NCBI GenBank assembly: GCA_964566925.1
Contig: CAZMIZ010000002.1
Span: forward strand, 72,647-136,646
Direction of reading: 5' to 3'
From: an uncultured Gammaproteobacteria bacterium
GTDB taxonomy: Bacteria; Patescibacteriota; Microgenomatia; PFEM01; DATLAM01
Length of the DNA stretch: 64,000 bases
The position numbers and the translations under genes were made by a program. The notes beneath the pieces were generated by a model. It worked only from the letters and a program-made list of their open reading frames with translations. It searched no databases and had not been told where the DNA came from. This document shows positions 25,150-35,932 of the stretch, one piece after another. Positions within the stretch are counted from its first letter, which is position 1. Each line of letters starts with the position of its first letter.

Positions 25150-26836
25150 AAACGTCGCCGGTGGGGAGGCCGAGTTCTTTTGCTTTTAGGTATCTTCTCA
25201 TAATTTTGCCTGAGCGAGTTTTAGGCAATCGGTCAACAAACTCAATTTCTCTGGGGTAGGCATGACCGGCAAGCTCGCGTTTAACATAGGCCTGGATATC
25301 CTTTTTAAGCCTCTCAGACCCCTTCTGGCCTGGTTTTAGAGCCATAAAGGCTTTGATGATCTCTCCCCTCATCGGATCAGGTTTGCCAATTACCCCGGCC
25401 TCAATAATGGCTGGGTGAGAAACTAAGGCTGATTCGACTTCAAAAGGGCCAACTCTCTCACCAGCCGTTTTAATGACATCGTCAGCTCGACCAACAAACC
25501 AAAAATAGCCATCTTTATCTTGATAAGCTAAGTCGCCGGAAATATACCAATCATTAGTGAAATAACTTTTATATTTTTTTGGCCGTCGCCAAATTTTCTT
25601 CATCATTGATGGCCAACCTGGCTTAATGGCTAAATTGCCAATTTTCCCGGTCGAAAGTTTTTTACCCTGATCACTAACGATGGCCGCTTCCACGCCAGGA
25701 ATGGGCTTACCCATTGAACCAGGTTTGATGTCCATTGAAGGATAATTGGCAATTAAAATCCCGCCTGTTTCTGTTTGCCACCAATTGTCGTGGAACGGAA
25801 GGCCGAAAGCCTTCATCCCCCAAAAGACTGCCTCCGGATTTAGCGGCTCACCTACACTAGCCAGATGACGAAGACTTGACAAATCATGTTTTTTAACGAG
25901 TTTCAATCCTGCTGCCGCTAGCATCCGGATGGCTGTCGGAGCGGTATACCAGACATTCACTTTATAATCTTGAATAAGTTGATACCAAGTTTCTGGTGAA
26001 AAACGACCTTCATAGACAAGAGAAGAGGCGCCATTGCTCCATGAGCCTAAAATTTCGTAAGCAATGCCTGTCACCCAGCCTGGATCAGCCGTGCACCAAT
26101 AAACGTCTTCTTCGCGAAGGTCCAAAACCCATTTGGCGGTCATGTGCTCCAATAAAATGGCTCGATGAGAATGGATGACTCCCTTAGGCTTCCCCGTAGT
26201 GCCCGAGGTATAAAGCATAAAAGCAGGGTCAGTAGGCTTCATTTGAGCGCATTTAAACTTGTCCGAAGCCTTAGCGATTAAATCAGGCAGTTCTTTGTCA
26301 ACTAAAATTATTTTCTTAAGGGCCGGTAAATCTTTTTTGATTTTTGCGACTCGACGATATAAATCTTTGTTCGTCACCAAAACTTTGGCGTCCGAGTTGC
26401 TAAGGCGATCATAAAGAGCTTGATGACCAAAAGCGGCAAATAAAGTTCCGGCAATAGCTCCCACCTTTAGAGTTCCCAAAAAACCGTAGTAGAGTTCGGG
26501 GACGCGAGGGAGAAAGAAGAAGACCCGATCTCCTTTTTCTACCCCCAATTTCTTGAGACCATTGGCAAATTGATTAGAGAGAAGAGAGATTTCCGCAAAA
26601 GTAAATTTCTTTTTTTGATGGTCTGCTCCATGCCAATAAAGGGCAACCTTATTTTTTCGTGGACCGATGGCGTTACGGTCAATGGCATTGTAAGCAGCAT
26701 TAATTCTTTTTCCTTTAAACCAAAACAGTTCATTTTCAGCCTCTTTCCAGGAAAATTTTTTGGATAAGTGGTCGTAATCAGCCAAATTTGGCTTAACTTT
26801 AATGATTTTTTTTGTTTTCTTAATAATTTTTCTCAT
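25130..26836 (-). CDS. acsA: Acetate--CoA ligase (AMP-forming)
   Basis: YTSGTTGKPKG, WCTADPGWVTG, WWQTETG and PKTRSGKIMRR motifs. Confidence 0.92.
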   Translation of the reverse strand: MRKIIKKTKKIIKVKPNLADYDHLSKKFSWKEAENELFWFKGKRINAAYNAIDRNAIGPRKNKVALYWHGADHQKKKFTFAEISLLSNQFANGLKKLGVEKGDRVFFFLPRVPELYYGFLGTLKVGAIAGTLFAAFGHQALYDRLSNSDAKVLVTNKDLYRRVAKIKKDLPALKKIILVDKELPDLIAKASDKFKCAQMKPTDPAFMLYTSGTTGKPKGVIHSHRAILLEHMTAKWVLDLREEDVYWCTADPGWVTGIAYEILGSWSNGASSLVYEGRFSPETWYQLIQDYKVNVWYTAPTAIRMLAAAGLKLVKKHDLSSLRHLASVGEPLNPEAVFWGMKAFGLPFHDNWWQTETGGILIANYPSMDIKPGSMGKPIPGVEAAIVSDQGKKLSTGKIGNLAIKPGWPSMMKKIWRRPKKYKSYFTNDWYISGDLAYQDKDGYFWFVGRADDVIKTAGERVGPFEVESALVSHPAIIEAGVIGKPDPMRGEIIKAFMALKPGQKGSERLKKDIQAYVKRELAGHAYPREIEFVDRLPKTRSGKIMRRYLKAKELGLPTGDVSTLEEF

Positions 26837-28472
26837 TGCCAGTGATTTTTTCTAACAAGTTTTTTCCGGACATCAATTCGGGTTTTCGAATTCCCATTAA
26901 AGCCAAGACTGTTGGCGCGACGTCAGCCAAGATACCCTTAGGTAAAACTTGACCCCTACTGCTAAACTTTCGATTAACTACAATGAAAGGAACCGGATTA
27001 GTGGAATGTTCGGTATCCACCTCACCGGTAGCCAGATTGATCATTTCTTCCACGTTACCATGGTCAGCGGTGATTATGGCAGCACCCCCAAGGTTAATCG
27101 TTGTCTCCACTACTTTTTTGAGACATTTATCCACCACCTCACAAGCTTTAACGCCCGCTTCAAGAATACCGGTGTGGCCAACCATATCGGGATTAGCGTA
27201 ATTGATGATGATAAAGTCATACATCCTTGTTTTTATTCTCTTAAGAACCTCCTCGGTTACTCCAAGGGCAGACATTTCTGGTTTTTGATCGTAAGTAGGA
27301 ACATCTGGGGAAGGAATTTCGGTTCTATCTTCGCCAGGAAAAGGCTCTTCTCTCTGACCATTAAAATAATAGGTAACAAATCTTTCTTTCTCTGTTTCGC
27401 TGAGATGGAATTGACGAAGACTTTTCTCGGCCAGAATTCTTCCTAAAGGCATTTTCACCGTTTCTGGGGGAAAGGCAGTTTGGACCGGAAGACCTTTTTC
27501 ATACTCGGTCATGGTAACAAAGTACAAACCGGAAAGAATAACCTCTCTTTTAAAAGTGGTTGTCTCTTTGGGGACTTCATAGAGATGGAGGCCATAACGC
27601 TCGGCATAAGGATCAAAAGCAGCTTTCTTGATTACCAACGTTTCAAAGTTGGGCAAAATAAACGCTTTGGTTAACTGTCTTGGTCGATCAATCCGGAAAT
27701 TGAAAAAAATTACGGCATCATTATCTTGAACGGTCCCGACTGGATTCCCTTGGTCATCAACGAGAATAATCGGCTCTAAAAATTCATCAGTAACCTCTTT
27801 TTGATAAGAGGCTTCTATTGCTTCTAAAGCCGATTTACTTTGGTGCCCCACACCCTGGACGATGGCTTTATAAGCTTTTTCTGTCCTTTCCCAGCGGTGG
27901 TCTCGATCCATGGCAAAATAACGACCGGACAGGCTGGCAATCTGACCAACGCCTACTTTTCGAATTTCTTCTTCAGTTTGGGAAACATAGGTTCGAGCAG
28001 ATCTGGGAGGAGAGTCCCTGCCATCAGTAAAAAGGTGTAAAAAGACTCTTTGGATACCTTCATTTTTGGCAAAAAGAAGTAAGGCAAAAAGATGGTTCAT
28101 ACTAGAATGAACGCCGCCGGCCCCGATTAGTCCTAATAAATGAAGGTTGGAGTTATTTTTTCTAACATGTTCAGCGGCGGTTTTAAAAGCAGGAATTCCA
28201 TAAAAACTGCCGTCGGCGACGGACATATTGATTCGCGGCAGATCTTGATAGACAATTTGCCCAGCGCCTAAATTAAGGTGGCCTGTTTCTGAGTTGCCAT
28301 CTTCTCCTTTCGGGAGTCCGACAGCTTCACCAGAAGCCACCAGCTGGGTATGAGGATAGACTTTCCAGTAGCGATCGATATTGGGTGTTTTCGCCAGGGC
28401 AACTGCATTCCCTGGACCCTCTGGCGCTAAACCCCATCCGTCGAGAATAATAAGAACCACCGGTCGAGACAT
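26820..28472 (-). CDS. gpmI: 2,3-BPG-independent phosphoglycerate mutase
   Basis: LDGWG, GNSETGH, DGRD, NPDMVGH and TADHGN motifs. Confidence 0.96.
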   Translation of the reverse strand: MSRPVVLIILDGWGLAPEGPGNAVALAKTPNIDRYWKVYPHTQLVASGEAVGLPKGEDGNSETGHLNLGAGQIVYQDLPRINMSVADGSFYGIPAFKTAAEHVRKNNSNLHLLGLIGAGGVHSSMNHLFALLLFAKNEGIQRVFLHLFTDGRDSPPRSARTYVSQTEEEIRKVGVGQIASLSGRYFAMDRDHRWERTEKAYKAIVQGVGHQSKSALEAIEASYQKEVTDEFLEPIILVDDQGNPVGTVQDNDAVIFFNFRIDRPRQLTKAFILPNFETLVIKKAAFDPYAERYGLHLYEVPKETTTFKREVILSGLYFVTMTEYEKGLPVQTAFPPETVKMPLGRILAEKSLRQFHLSETEKERFVTYYFNGQREEPFPGEDRTEIPSPDVPTYDQKPEMSALGVTEEVLKRIKTRMYDFIIINYANPDMVGHTGILEAGVKACEVVDKCLKKVVETTINLGGAAIITADHGNVEEMINLATGEVDTEHSTNPVPFIVVNRKFSSRGQVLPKGILADVAPTVLALMGIRKPELMSGKNLLEKITGNEKNY

Positions 28473-28478
28473 AGACGA

Positions 28479-29744
28479 TTAACTTGTTTTAGTTTTTAAT
28501 TCTTCTTCTATTGCCAATAAACGATTATACTTGACCACTCTTTCACCTCGGGCAGGCGCTCCGAATTTAGTAAAATCGGCCCTAACTCCAACCGCAAAAT
28601 CGGCAATAAAATCGTCATTGGTTTCCCCACTCCGATGAGAAACAATTATCTTCCAGCCTGCATTTCGAGCAGCCTTGATGACCTCCAGTGTTTCTGAGAT
28701 AGTTCCAATTTGATTAGGCTTAGCCAGTAAAGCGCTACAGGCTTTATCCTTAACTGCTCGTTCAACCCGTTCCTTATTGGTAACTAAGAGATCGTCGCCC
28801 ACCACCGTGATTTTGGGTAACATGGTGACTAATCTACTCCACCCTCCCCAGTCGTCTTCGAAGAGAGGATCTTCCAGGATTCTGAGCGGATATTGATTAG
28901 CTAAATCACGATAATATTCAATCATTTCGCCAGGCTCTAGCGGTAAAGTTTTATCTCTAATTTTATATTTACCTTCTTTGTAAAAATGGGAGGCAGCTAC
29001 GTCTAGGCCAAGAACAACATCTTTTTCAATCAGATGGCCAGATTCTTTGATGGCCTCAATGATAACCTCCAAAGCGTCGATGTTAGTAAAAAGATTAGGA
29101 GCAAAACCGCCCTCGTCGCCAACTGAATGAATAGCCCCATGACGAATCAAGACTTTTTCTGTTGCCTGATAAATTTCTTCAGCCATTTCGAGAATTTGTT
29201 GGTAAGGTATCTCAGAGGTAGGAATGATGTGAAATTCTTGAAATTCTAAATTGCCAGCACCGTGTTTGCCACCATTGATGAGATTAAAAGTGGGGGTGGG
29301 GATGACCAAGCTTTGGCCTTTTTTCCCAGAATAAAGTTCCTCAACATGGCGGTAGATAGGTAGACCCTTAATTAAGGCTCCGGCTTCACAAATTCCCTGG
29401 GAGACCGACAAAATGGCATTTGCCCCAAGCTTTGATTTATTTTTGGTGCCATCAAGTCCAATAATTAAATCATCAATCTCTTTTTGTTTCGTGGGGTCTT
29501 TGCCCATCAGTTTGGGGGCGATTATTCGGTTAACATTCTCAACTGCCTTAAGAACGCCCATGCCGTTATAGCGATCTTGATCTCCGTCTCTTAATTCAAC
29601 TGCCTCATATTTACCCAAAGATTCTCCGGCCGGAACCGAAGCAATTACTTGGTGGCGAGTTTCCAAAGTGACTTTTGCCTCGACCGTAGGATTACCCCGT
29701 GAATCTAAAATTTCCCTTGCCTTAATTTCTTTTATTTTGGCCAT
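28479..29744 (-). CDS. eno: Enolase
   Basis: DSRGNPT, GDEGGFAP, SHRSGET and R.ERV.KYN motifs. Confidence 0.97.
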   Translation of the reverse strand: MAKIKEIKAREILDSRGNPTVEAKVTLETRHQVIASVPAGESLGKYEAVELRDGDQDRYNGMGVLKAVENVNRIIAPKLMGKDPTKQKEIDDLIIGLDGTKNKSKLGANAILSVSQGICEAGALIKGLPIYRHVEELYSGKKGQSLVIPTPTFNLINGGKHGAGNLEFQEFHIIPTSEIPYQQILEMAEEIYQATEKVLIRHGAIHSVGDEGGFAPNLFTNIDALEVIIEAIKESGHLIEKDVVLGLDVAASHFYKEGKYKIRDKTLPLEPGEMIEYYRDLANQYPLRILEDPLFEDDWGGWSRLVTMLPKITVVGDDLLVTNKERVERAVKDKACSALLAKPNQIGTISETLEVIKAARNAGWKIIVSHRSGETNDDFIADFAVGVRADFTKFGAPARGERVVKYNRLLAIEEELKTKTS

Positions 29745-29749
29745 GATTC

Positions 29750-32053
29750 CTACTTTCTTTTTTCTGCGATCCGTTTTTCGACTTGAGCCACCAGCTCTCG
29801 GGTAGACTCAATTGCGTCAGGATTGACGGAAATACTGGTAATTCCCCATTCTACCAGTTTTTGAGTTAATTCGGGATAAACTGAAGGAGCTTGGCCGCAG
29901 ATGGAGCTGGTGATTTTTGCCTTTTGACAAGTCTTGATCACCCTTTCTAGAGCCCAGAGAACGGCTGGATGTCGTTCGTCAAAAACATTGGCTAGTTCGG
30001 CATTATCCCGATCAACGCCCAGAACGAGCATTGTTAGATCATTTGAGCCAATTGAAACACCATCGATGCCTACTTTAATAAATTCGGGCAGAAGAAAAAC
30101 ATTAGAAGGAATTTCTACCATTAACCAGAGCTTGAAAGAGGGGCTTCGGATTAACCCCGCTGCGCCGATTAGTCTTTTTACTTTCATTAATTCTTCAGGT
30201 GTTCGCACAAAGGGCAACATCATCCAAAGATTTTTAAAACCTAGTTGATTGCGAACTTTTTTAACTGCTTCTAATTCCATTTCAAAGACTTTGGGATCAG
30301 CCAGATAGCGGAAGGCGCCGCGATAGCCGAGCATGGGATTCTCTTCCTCTGGTTCATAGCTTTTGCCGCCAGTTAGATTTCGATATTCGTTGGTTTTGAA
30401 ATCAGTCGTTCGGTAAACAACTGGTCGGGGGCTGAAATTTTCGCAAAAATTAGCCAAATTTGAAGATAATTTGTCGACGAACATTTTTTGTTTTTTGTCT
30501 TTGATTACTTTCTTGGGATGAATGCCTATATCAGCGATCATAAATTCCGCTCTCAATAGACCCACTCCATCAACTGGTCTTTTGGCGGTTTCTTTGGCTA
30601 AATCAGGTGCGGCCAGATTAACATAAATCTTAGTAGCTGTTTTAATCGTTTTCAGAGCAGTGGTCTTAAGTTTTTTTTGGCTTTCCCCAGAGATTGGGAA
30701 TCTCAAACTAGAAGCTTCCTCCATTCCCCCTTTATAAACTTCTCCTTTAGAGCCATTAACAGTAACCATCGAGCCCTTTTTTAGATCCCGGGTAGCTTTA
30801 CCGGTGCCAACAATACAAGGAATTCCCAGCTCACGACTGACAATGGCGGCATGAGACGTTTGTCCCCCTTTATCAGTGATAATGGCCACTACTTTTTTCA
30901 TTGCCGGGACGAAATCAGGAGTGGTCATTGAAGTCACCAAAACATCACCCTTGTTCACCTTGCCGATTTGCTTAGAAGAAAGGATGATTTTTACTGGCCC
31001 GGCCGCAATGCCCGGACTAGCCGCCTGTCCCTTCAGAATCGGCTCTCTTTTAACCTTCTCAATTCCTTTCTTTTTTTTACCTTTAACTTCTTTGATGGTA
31101 GTCACCGGTCTAGTTTGAAGAATATAGATTTTTTTCTTTTCAATCGCCCATTCAATATCTTGGGGAAAATAATAATGGTGGTGAATTTTCTTGCCTAATT
31201 TGGCCAACTTGCGAATTTCTTTATCTGAGATTTTCTGGAGATCCTGTTTTTTCATCGGCACCGATCGATTCTTGGTAATCTTTCCCACTTTAATTAATTG
31301 AACTTCTTGTTGACCGATTGCCTTTTTAATAATCTTTAAAGAAGATTTGTTTAGAAGGTAGTGGTCTGGAGAGACGGCTCCTTGGACGATTAGTTCACCA
31401 AGACCATAAATGGCCTCAATAACAATCCTGTTCTTTTGATTAGAAAGAGGATCGAGAGTAAACATCACTCCTGAGGTTTCTGATTGAACCATCTTTTGGA
31501 CAATAACGGCAATGCCCACTTTCAAATGGTCAAAACCCTGTTCTTCTCGGTAGAAAATGGCTCTTGGTTCAAAAAGAGAGGCCCAGCATTGCCTGACTGA
31601 ATCAACCACGCTAGCTTCGCCCTGGACATTTAAGAAAGTGGCCTGTTGACCAGCAAATGAAGCGGTCGGCAAGTCTTCGGCGGTGGCTGATGAACGAACC
31701 GAAACTAACGACTGTTTAAAAAGACTCCCCAACTTTAAATAATCCTTAACCACCTCATCGGCAATCTCTTTGGGAATTTTGCCGTTAAGAATGAGTTTTT
31801 TAATTTTTTCCGAGACTTCCTGAAAAGATTGAGGATCAGAAGCATCAACCTGTTTTAAAATTTCACCAATCTTAGGCTTAAGTTTGTTTTCGTCGAGAAA
31901 TTGATAATAGGCTTCAGCGGTGACAATAAAGCCAGGCGGGACAGGAATATCGAAGCTGACCATTTCGCCTAGGTTGGCTCCTTTTCCGCCAACTAAACTA
32001 ATGTCGTCTTTATCAACTTCATCAAACCAAACGATACGGGCAGGCTTTTTCAT
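29750..32053 (-). CDS. ppsA: Phosphoenolpyruvate synthase
   Basis: GGKGANLGE, VRSSATAED, TSHAAIVSRE and SIGSNDL motifs. Confidence 0.95.
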   Translation of the reverse strand: MKKPARIVWFDEVDKDDISLVGGKGANLGEMVSFDIPVPPGFIVTAEAYYQFLDENKLKPKIGEILKQVDASDPQSFQEVSEKIKKLILNGKIPKEIADEVVKDYLKLGSLFKQSLVSVRSSATAEDLPTASFAGQQATFLNVQGEASVVDSVRQCWASLFEPRAIFYREEQGFDHLKVGIAVIVQKMVQSETSGVMFTLDPLSNQKNRIVIEAIYGLGELIVQGAVSPDHYLLNKSSLKIIKKAIGQQEVQLIKVGKITKNRSVPMKKQDLQKISDKEIRKLAKLGKKIHHHYYFPQDIEWAIEKKKIYILQTRPVTTIKEVKGKKKKGIEKVKREPILKGQAASPGIAAGPVKIILSSKQIGKVNKGDVLVTSMTTPDFVPAMKKVVAIITDKGGQTSHAAIVSRELGIPCIVGTGKATRDLKKGSMVTVNGSKGEVYKGGMEEASSLRFPISGESQKKLKTTALKTIKTATKIYVNLAAPDLAKETAKRPVDGVGLLRAEFMIADIGIHPKKVIKDKKQKMFVDKLSSNLANFCENFSPRPVVYRTTDFKTNEYRNLTGGKSYEPEEENPMLGYRGAFRYLADPKVFEMELEAVKKVRNQLGFKNLWMMLPFVRTPEELMKVKRLIGAAGLIRSPSFKLWLMVEIPSNVFLLPEFIKVGIDGVSIGSNDLTMLVLGVDRDNAELANVFDERHPAVLWALERVIKTCQKAKITSSICGQAPSVYPELTQKLVEWGITSISVNPDAIESTRELVAQVEKRIAEKRK

Positions 32054-33111
32054 TCAGCTAATTTTTTCTTAAAGTAATCAACCCAAGGCAAGGTAGCCGG
32101 ATTGACCTTATTGAGAATTGCCAAATAATAGCTAAGATAGCCGCCAAGATGAATCAGCTCTAATGCTTGAGAAAGCTTATCTTCTCCCAAAAGGTTATAT
32201 TTATAAACCTTAATGCCGTTTTTCAAGATTACCTCTTCAGTCAACCTAACTCTTTTTTCAATTTTAGGAGAATAAAAATTGGAAATAAGAATCAAAAAGA
32301 CCAGATTTTCTTTGGCAAACCGAAGCCCTTCCATTAAATGGTGATTTAGCTCAGGGATGACAAAGTAGTCAGCAAAATTTTTGGCGCTCTCATGAAGTGA
32401 ATTTCTCATCGCGTGAATGCTTCCCTGTAAAAATCCTCCCGAAACAAAAATTGGAATTTTGCCCTTAAACTCCTTAGCAATCCTTTTAGCCTGGTTGTCG
32501 GTGGTGGGTTTTTTGATCCCCAAAATTTGATTATTTTTTCTCAAAATGGTTAAGAGGCTGTTTAAAGAAACTTTGGTTTTGGCGATCATCCCACAGTTTG
32601 ATAAAAGGCCGATCTCGCCAAGAATCATATAGCCTTGACCCAGGCGAGGTTGCTGGCTAGGATTGTTTTTGGGAAGAAAAAAATAACCAGGATATTGGTT
32701 GTCTTGAAGAAATTTCTTTAACTTGCCTCCAGAAGTTATTCCCAAAACCTTTGCCTTTTTCCTTTTAGCTTTTTGGGCACAACTTAAAACTTCCTCCGTT
32801 CCTCCTGAGTAGCTTGCCAAAAGAACCAAGCTCCTTTCATTAATGTAGCCAGGGAGCCGATAATTACTGGTAATATCTAGAGGAATCTTAAGGTTCTCAG
32901 CGAAAACACTTTTGATGACTCTGGCTCCAAAAGCTGATCCACCCATGCCAACAATCACCATATTTTGACAATTTTTATAATCAGTAGGGATCTTAATTTT
33001 GGTTGATTCATCCCAGGCTTGTTGAGCTTGCCCAGAAAGGGCCTCAATAGAAGTTAGAACATTAGCTTTATCAAGTCTCCTGATCGCTATCTGATCGTCA
33101 AGGATATTCAT
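32050..33111 (-). CDS. Bifunctional phosphoglucose/phosphomannose isomerase (SIS, archaeal-type)
   Basis: GMGGS, SYSG.TEE, QPR, E.AK and PELNH motifs. Confidence 0.88.
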   Translation of the reverse strand: MNILDDQIAIRRLDKANVLTSIEALSGQAQQAWDESTKIKIPTDYKNCQNMVIVGMGGSAFGARVIKSVFAENLKIPLDITSNYRLPGYINERSLVLLASYSGGTEEVLSCAQKAKRKKAKVLGITSGGKLKKFLQDNQYPGYFFLPKNNPSQQPRLGQGYMILGEIGLLSNCGMIAKTKVSLNSLLTILRKNNQILGIKKPTTDNQAKRIAKEFKGKIPIFVSGGFLQGSIHAMRNSLHESAKNFADYFVIPELNHHLMEGLRFAKENLVFLILISNFYSPKIEKRVRLTEEVILKNGIKVYKYNLLGEDKLSQALELIHLGGYLSYYLAILNKVNPATLPWVDYFKKKLAE

Positions 33112-33168
33112 CACACCTCATTGTACGCAAGACAAAGAAAATTGGCAAGAGCGGAAAGAAATTAGAAG

Positions 33169-34542
33169 CTATTCGCTGGATTTTTTCGCGCCTGAAGAAA
33201 TTAAAAAGTCTACCAAATCCTTTTTTCTTTCAGCTAAGATTTTTTGATTATCAGCCTCGATGTTTAGCCTTAAGAGAGGTTGGGTATTAGAAGGCCTAAC
33301 ATTTATCCAACTGTCCTTAAACCAAACACTAATCCCGTCAAGCCAGTCAATTTTGGTTGCCTTCTTCTTATATGCACTTTCGATTTTTTCCATCATGGCC
33401 GTTTTGTCTTCCACCTCAAAATTTGTTTCTGGAATAATTGGATATTTGTCAAACTCGGAGGCAATTAAAGATAAGGGTTTGTTTTTTTCTGAAAATAACT
33501 CAAGGCATGAAAGCATGGCAATAAAAGCAGAATCGGCATAATAGTTCTCCCGGAAATAGTAGTGGCCTGAATGCTCGCCAGCAAAAAGAGCATTATGTTT
33601 TCTCATCGCCTCTTTAATCAGGGTATGACCCACCCTGACCCTGATTCCCTTACCCCCAAATTTTTTTATCGTTTCTGGGGCAATCCGGCCAACAACCGCA
33701 TTGTAAAGAATAGTCTCCCCGGGATGTTTTTTAAGTAAGGCCTCAGCAATAATAGCGGTGATGATCGTTCCGTTAATAAATTTAGCCTTTTCATCAATAA
33801 AATAGATCCGATCCGCATCACCATCAAAGGCCATTCCCAAATCTGCTTTTTCTGTTAAAACTTTTTTTTCCAAATCAGCCACATTTTCAGGCTTTAAAGG
33901 GTTAGGGATATGATTAGGGAAAGTGCCGTCAAGCTCGAAGTAGAGGGGGATGATTTTTAAAGGTAGAAAAGGGGCAAATTTAGGGATTAGATAACCAGCC
34001 ATAGCATTACCAGCGTCAATAACCACCTTAAACGGCTTGACTTTCTTAACGTTGATGAAGTTGAGGCAATGTTTTACATAATCATCAACAATATTTTTCT
34101 TAACCCTTTTTCCTTTTTTCAAAGAGGTCTTAATTTTTCTATTAGAAGTTGCCAGGTCTCTAATTTTGTAGATCCCACTATCACCGGAAACAGCAATGGC
34201 GTTCTTTTTAACCAATTTGAATCCATTATATTCCGGTGGGTTATGAGAGGCGGAAATCGAGAGAGCAAGATCAAATCCATATTTGCCGGCCGCGAAATAG
34301 GCCATATCGGTGCTAATCAAGCCCAGGTCAACCACATCCGCTCCTTGTTTCATCACTCCCTCTGCAATTCCACCAGCAATATCATCAGCCGAAACTCTCA
34401 TATCGTGTCCAAGAGCAACCGTTTCTGGCTTAAAAAGTTCCACCAGGACCTGACCAATTCTTTCTGCCCCTTCTTTGTCTAATTCATCGGGGACGATGGC
34501 CCTAACGTCGTAGTCTCTGAAGATGTTTGGGGTAATTTTCAT
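33169..34542 (-). CDS. Phosphomannomutase/phosphoglucomutase
   Basis: SASHNP, DGDADR, GEHSGH and RPSNT.P motifs. Confidence 0.95.
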   Translation of the reverse strand: MKITPNIFRDYDVRAIVPDELDKEGAERIGQVLVELFKPETVALGHDMRVSADDIAGGIAEGVMKQGADVVDLGLISTDMAYFAAGKYGFDLALSISASHNPPEYNGFKLVKKNAIAVSGDSGIYKIRDLATSNRKIKTSLKKGKRVKKNIVDDYVKHCLNFINVKKVKPFKVVIDAGNAMAGYLIPKFAPFLPLKIIPLYFELDGTFPNHIPNPLKPENVADLEKKVLTEKADLGMAFDGDADRIYFIDEKAKFINGTIITAIIAEALLKKHPGETILYNAVVGRIAPETIKKFGGKGIRVRVGHTLIKEAMRKHNALFAGEHSGHYYFRENYYADSAFIAMLSCLELFSEKNKPLSLIASEFDKYPIIPETNFEVEDKTAMMEKIESAYKKKATKIDWLDGISVWFKDSWINVRPSNTQPLLRLNIEADNQKILAERKKDLVDFLISSGAKKSSE

Positions 34543-34552
34543 AAATTGAATT

Positions 34553-35245
34553 CTAAAGATCAGTAATTAAAAGGTCAAGCTGGGAGGCTAGCGGCATGGG
34601 GGCTTTGCCAGTCTTCTGCTCATAATCGATCCTTAAAAGCCGTTGGTGGATTTTCAGAAGCTGATCTAAGCTGAATTTCTGAGCTTGATTGAGGAACTTG
34701 GCTTGTTGCCAGGGGGCCAGCGGTAAACCCTTCTCGCCTAAATCTCGGGCGATAATTAACAGCCTCATCTGTCTGCAAATCATATAAAAAACTATTTCCG
34801 GCGAGTCGGTCCGGAGACATTGGTGGAGCAACTTAAGCGTCTCTTTTTTGTTTTGAGAGGAAAGTGAATCGAGGAATTTAAAAATTAATGGTGGGATTTT
34901 AAAGAGATTGATCTTTGCTTTTGAAGTCAGTTTTTTTAGACCTAATTTACCAATTTCTTTTGATTCCCAAAGGATAAGGGGTTTGTCCCTGTTTTCCTGT
35001 TTGAGATAATCAAGCATCTCCTCTTTTCTTTTCCCTTTGGTTGAAGATAAAAGGTTTTCAATAATCACTAGACGATTTTTTCCTAAAAGAGAGGTTGATT
35101 CCAGGGCTTGTTTAAGCTCGGTTAACTCTAATTTCCCGCCGTCAAGGGCAATAATTTCATCCGCCCCTTTTTTCTTGAAAGTGGCCACTTCTTGCTCCAG
35201 CGCCTTACGGCTGGCAACGATATTCTCTCCGTGTAAAATAACCAT
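34553..35245 (-). CDS. holA: DNA polymerase III delta subunit (short form)
   Basis: ILHGE, SL....RLVIIE and ID...KTG motifs. Confidence 0.75.
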   Translation of the reverse strand: MVILHGENIVASRKALEQEVATFKKKGADEIIALDGGKLELTELKQALESTSLLGKNRLVIIENLLSSTKGKRKEEMLDYLKQENRDKPLILWESKEIGKLGLKKLTSKAKINLFKIPPLIFKFLDSLSSQNKKETLKLLHQCLRTDSPEIVFYMICRQMRLLIIARDLGEKGLPLAPWQQAKFLNQAQKFSLDQLLKIHQRLLRIDYEQKTGKAPMPLASQLDLLITDL

Positions 35246-35256
35246 AACCTTTTGGA

Positions 35257-35631
35257 TTATTTTTTTAATTGTTTAAAAAGTTTTTCTACTGATCTCTGAT
35301 CAATTCTAATTCTCCCTCTTCCCCGGTGAGGCAGAAGAGCGCCAGAAAAGGTCTTGGGAATATGGAGGAGTTCGTGGATTAAGATTCGGCGTTGATCATC
35401 CATGTTGAGGTGGTCAAACCGCTCTGAAAGGACCTCAAGGCAGTAATGAGGCTTAATTTGAAGAGCCTTTTGCCAAATTTTAGGAAAACCCCAGATTCTT
35501 GCCCGAGCTCGAGATTTCGAACCAAAACTGCGAAAAACAATCACTCGCTTAGGATCAATATGAGGGAGGTTCAAAGAGGCAACAATTTTGGCTACCTCTT
35601 TTTGGAGATGAGGATCGCGTCGCCAGTCCAT
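35257..35631 (-). CDS. Putative Zn metallopeptidase
   Basis: HELLH motif and AR.WG. Confidence 0.8.
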   Translation of the reverse strand: MDWRRDPHLQKEVAKIVASLNLPHIDPKRVIVFRSFGSKSRARARIWGFPKIWQKALQIKPHYCLEVLSERFDHLNMDDQRRILIHELLHIPKTFSGALLPHRGRGRIRIDQRSVEKLFKQLKK

Positions 35632-35637
35632 TGTCTC

Positions 35638-35895
35638 TTAAGAAATTTTAAAAATTTCGTCGCCCTTTTTTACCGGTTGATCCACTTTTAAGCCAACCGT
35701 CTCACCCTTCTTCGTTGTTTCAACGTTTTCGTGCTCAACCTGCATTGAGCCAATCGTCTGCTCAAACTCATTATCGTGGCCTGAAATTTTTACTTTGTCG
35801 CCGACGGCCAAGGTTCCTAAAATGTCAACGACGGCCACGCTGATCTTGTCGTAATAATGGGTGACTCTGCCAACCTTAAAATTTGCCACCAACAC
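35638..35895 (-). CDS. Translation elongation factor-like beta-barrel (U32 C-terminal-like) protein
   Basis: VG.VTHYY.KI.VA, GD.V, SMQ.E and VGLK motifs. Confidence 0.75.
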   Translation of the reverse strand: MLVANFKVGRVTHYYDKISVAVVDILGTLAVGDKVKISGHDNEFEQTIGSMQVEHENVETTKKGETVGLKVDQPVKKGDEIFKIS

Positions 35896-35932
35896 CTCAC
35901 CCCCTTTCTATTTTAGAGTTTACCATATTAAG

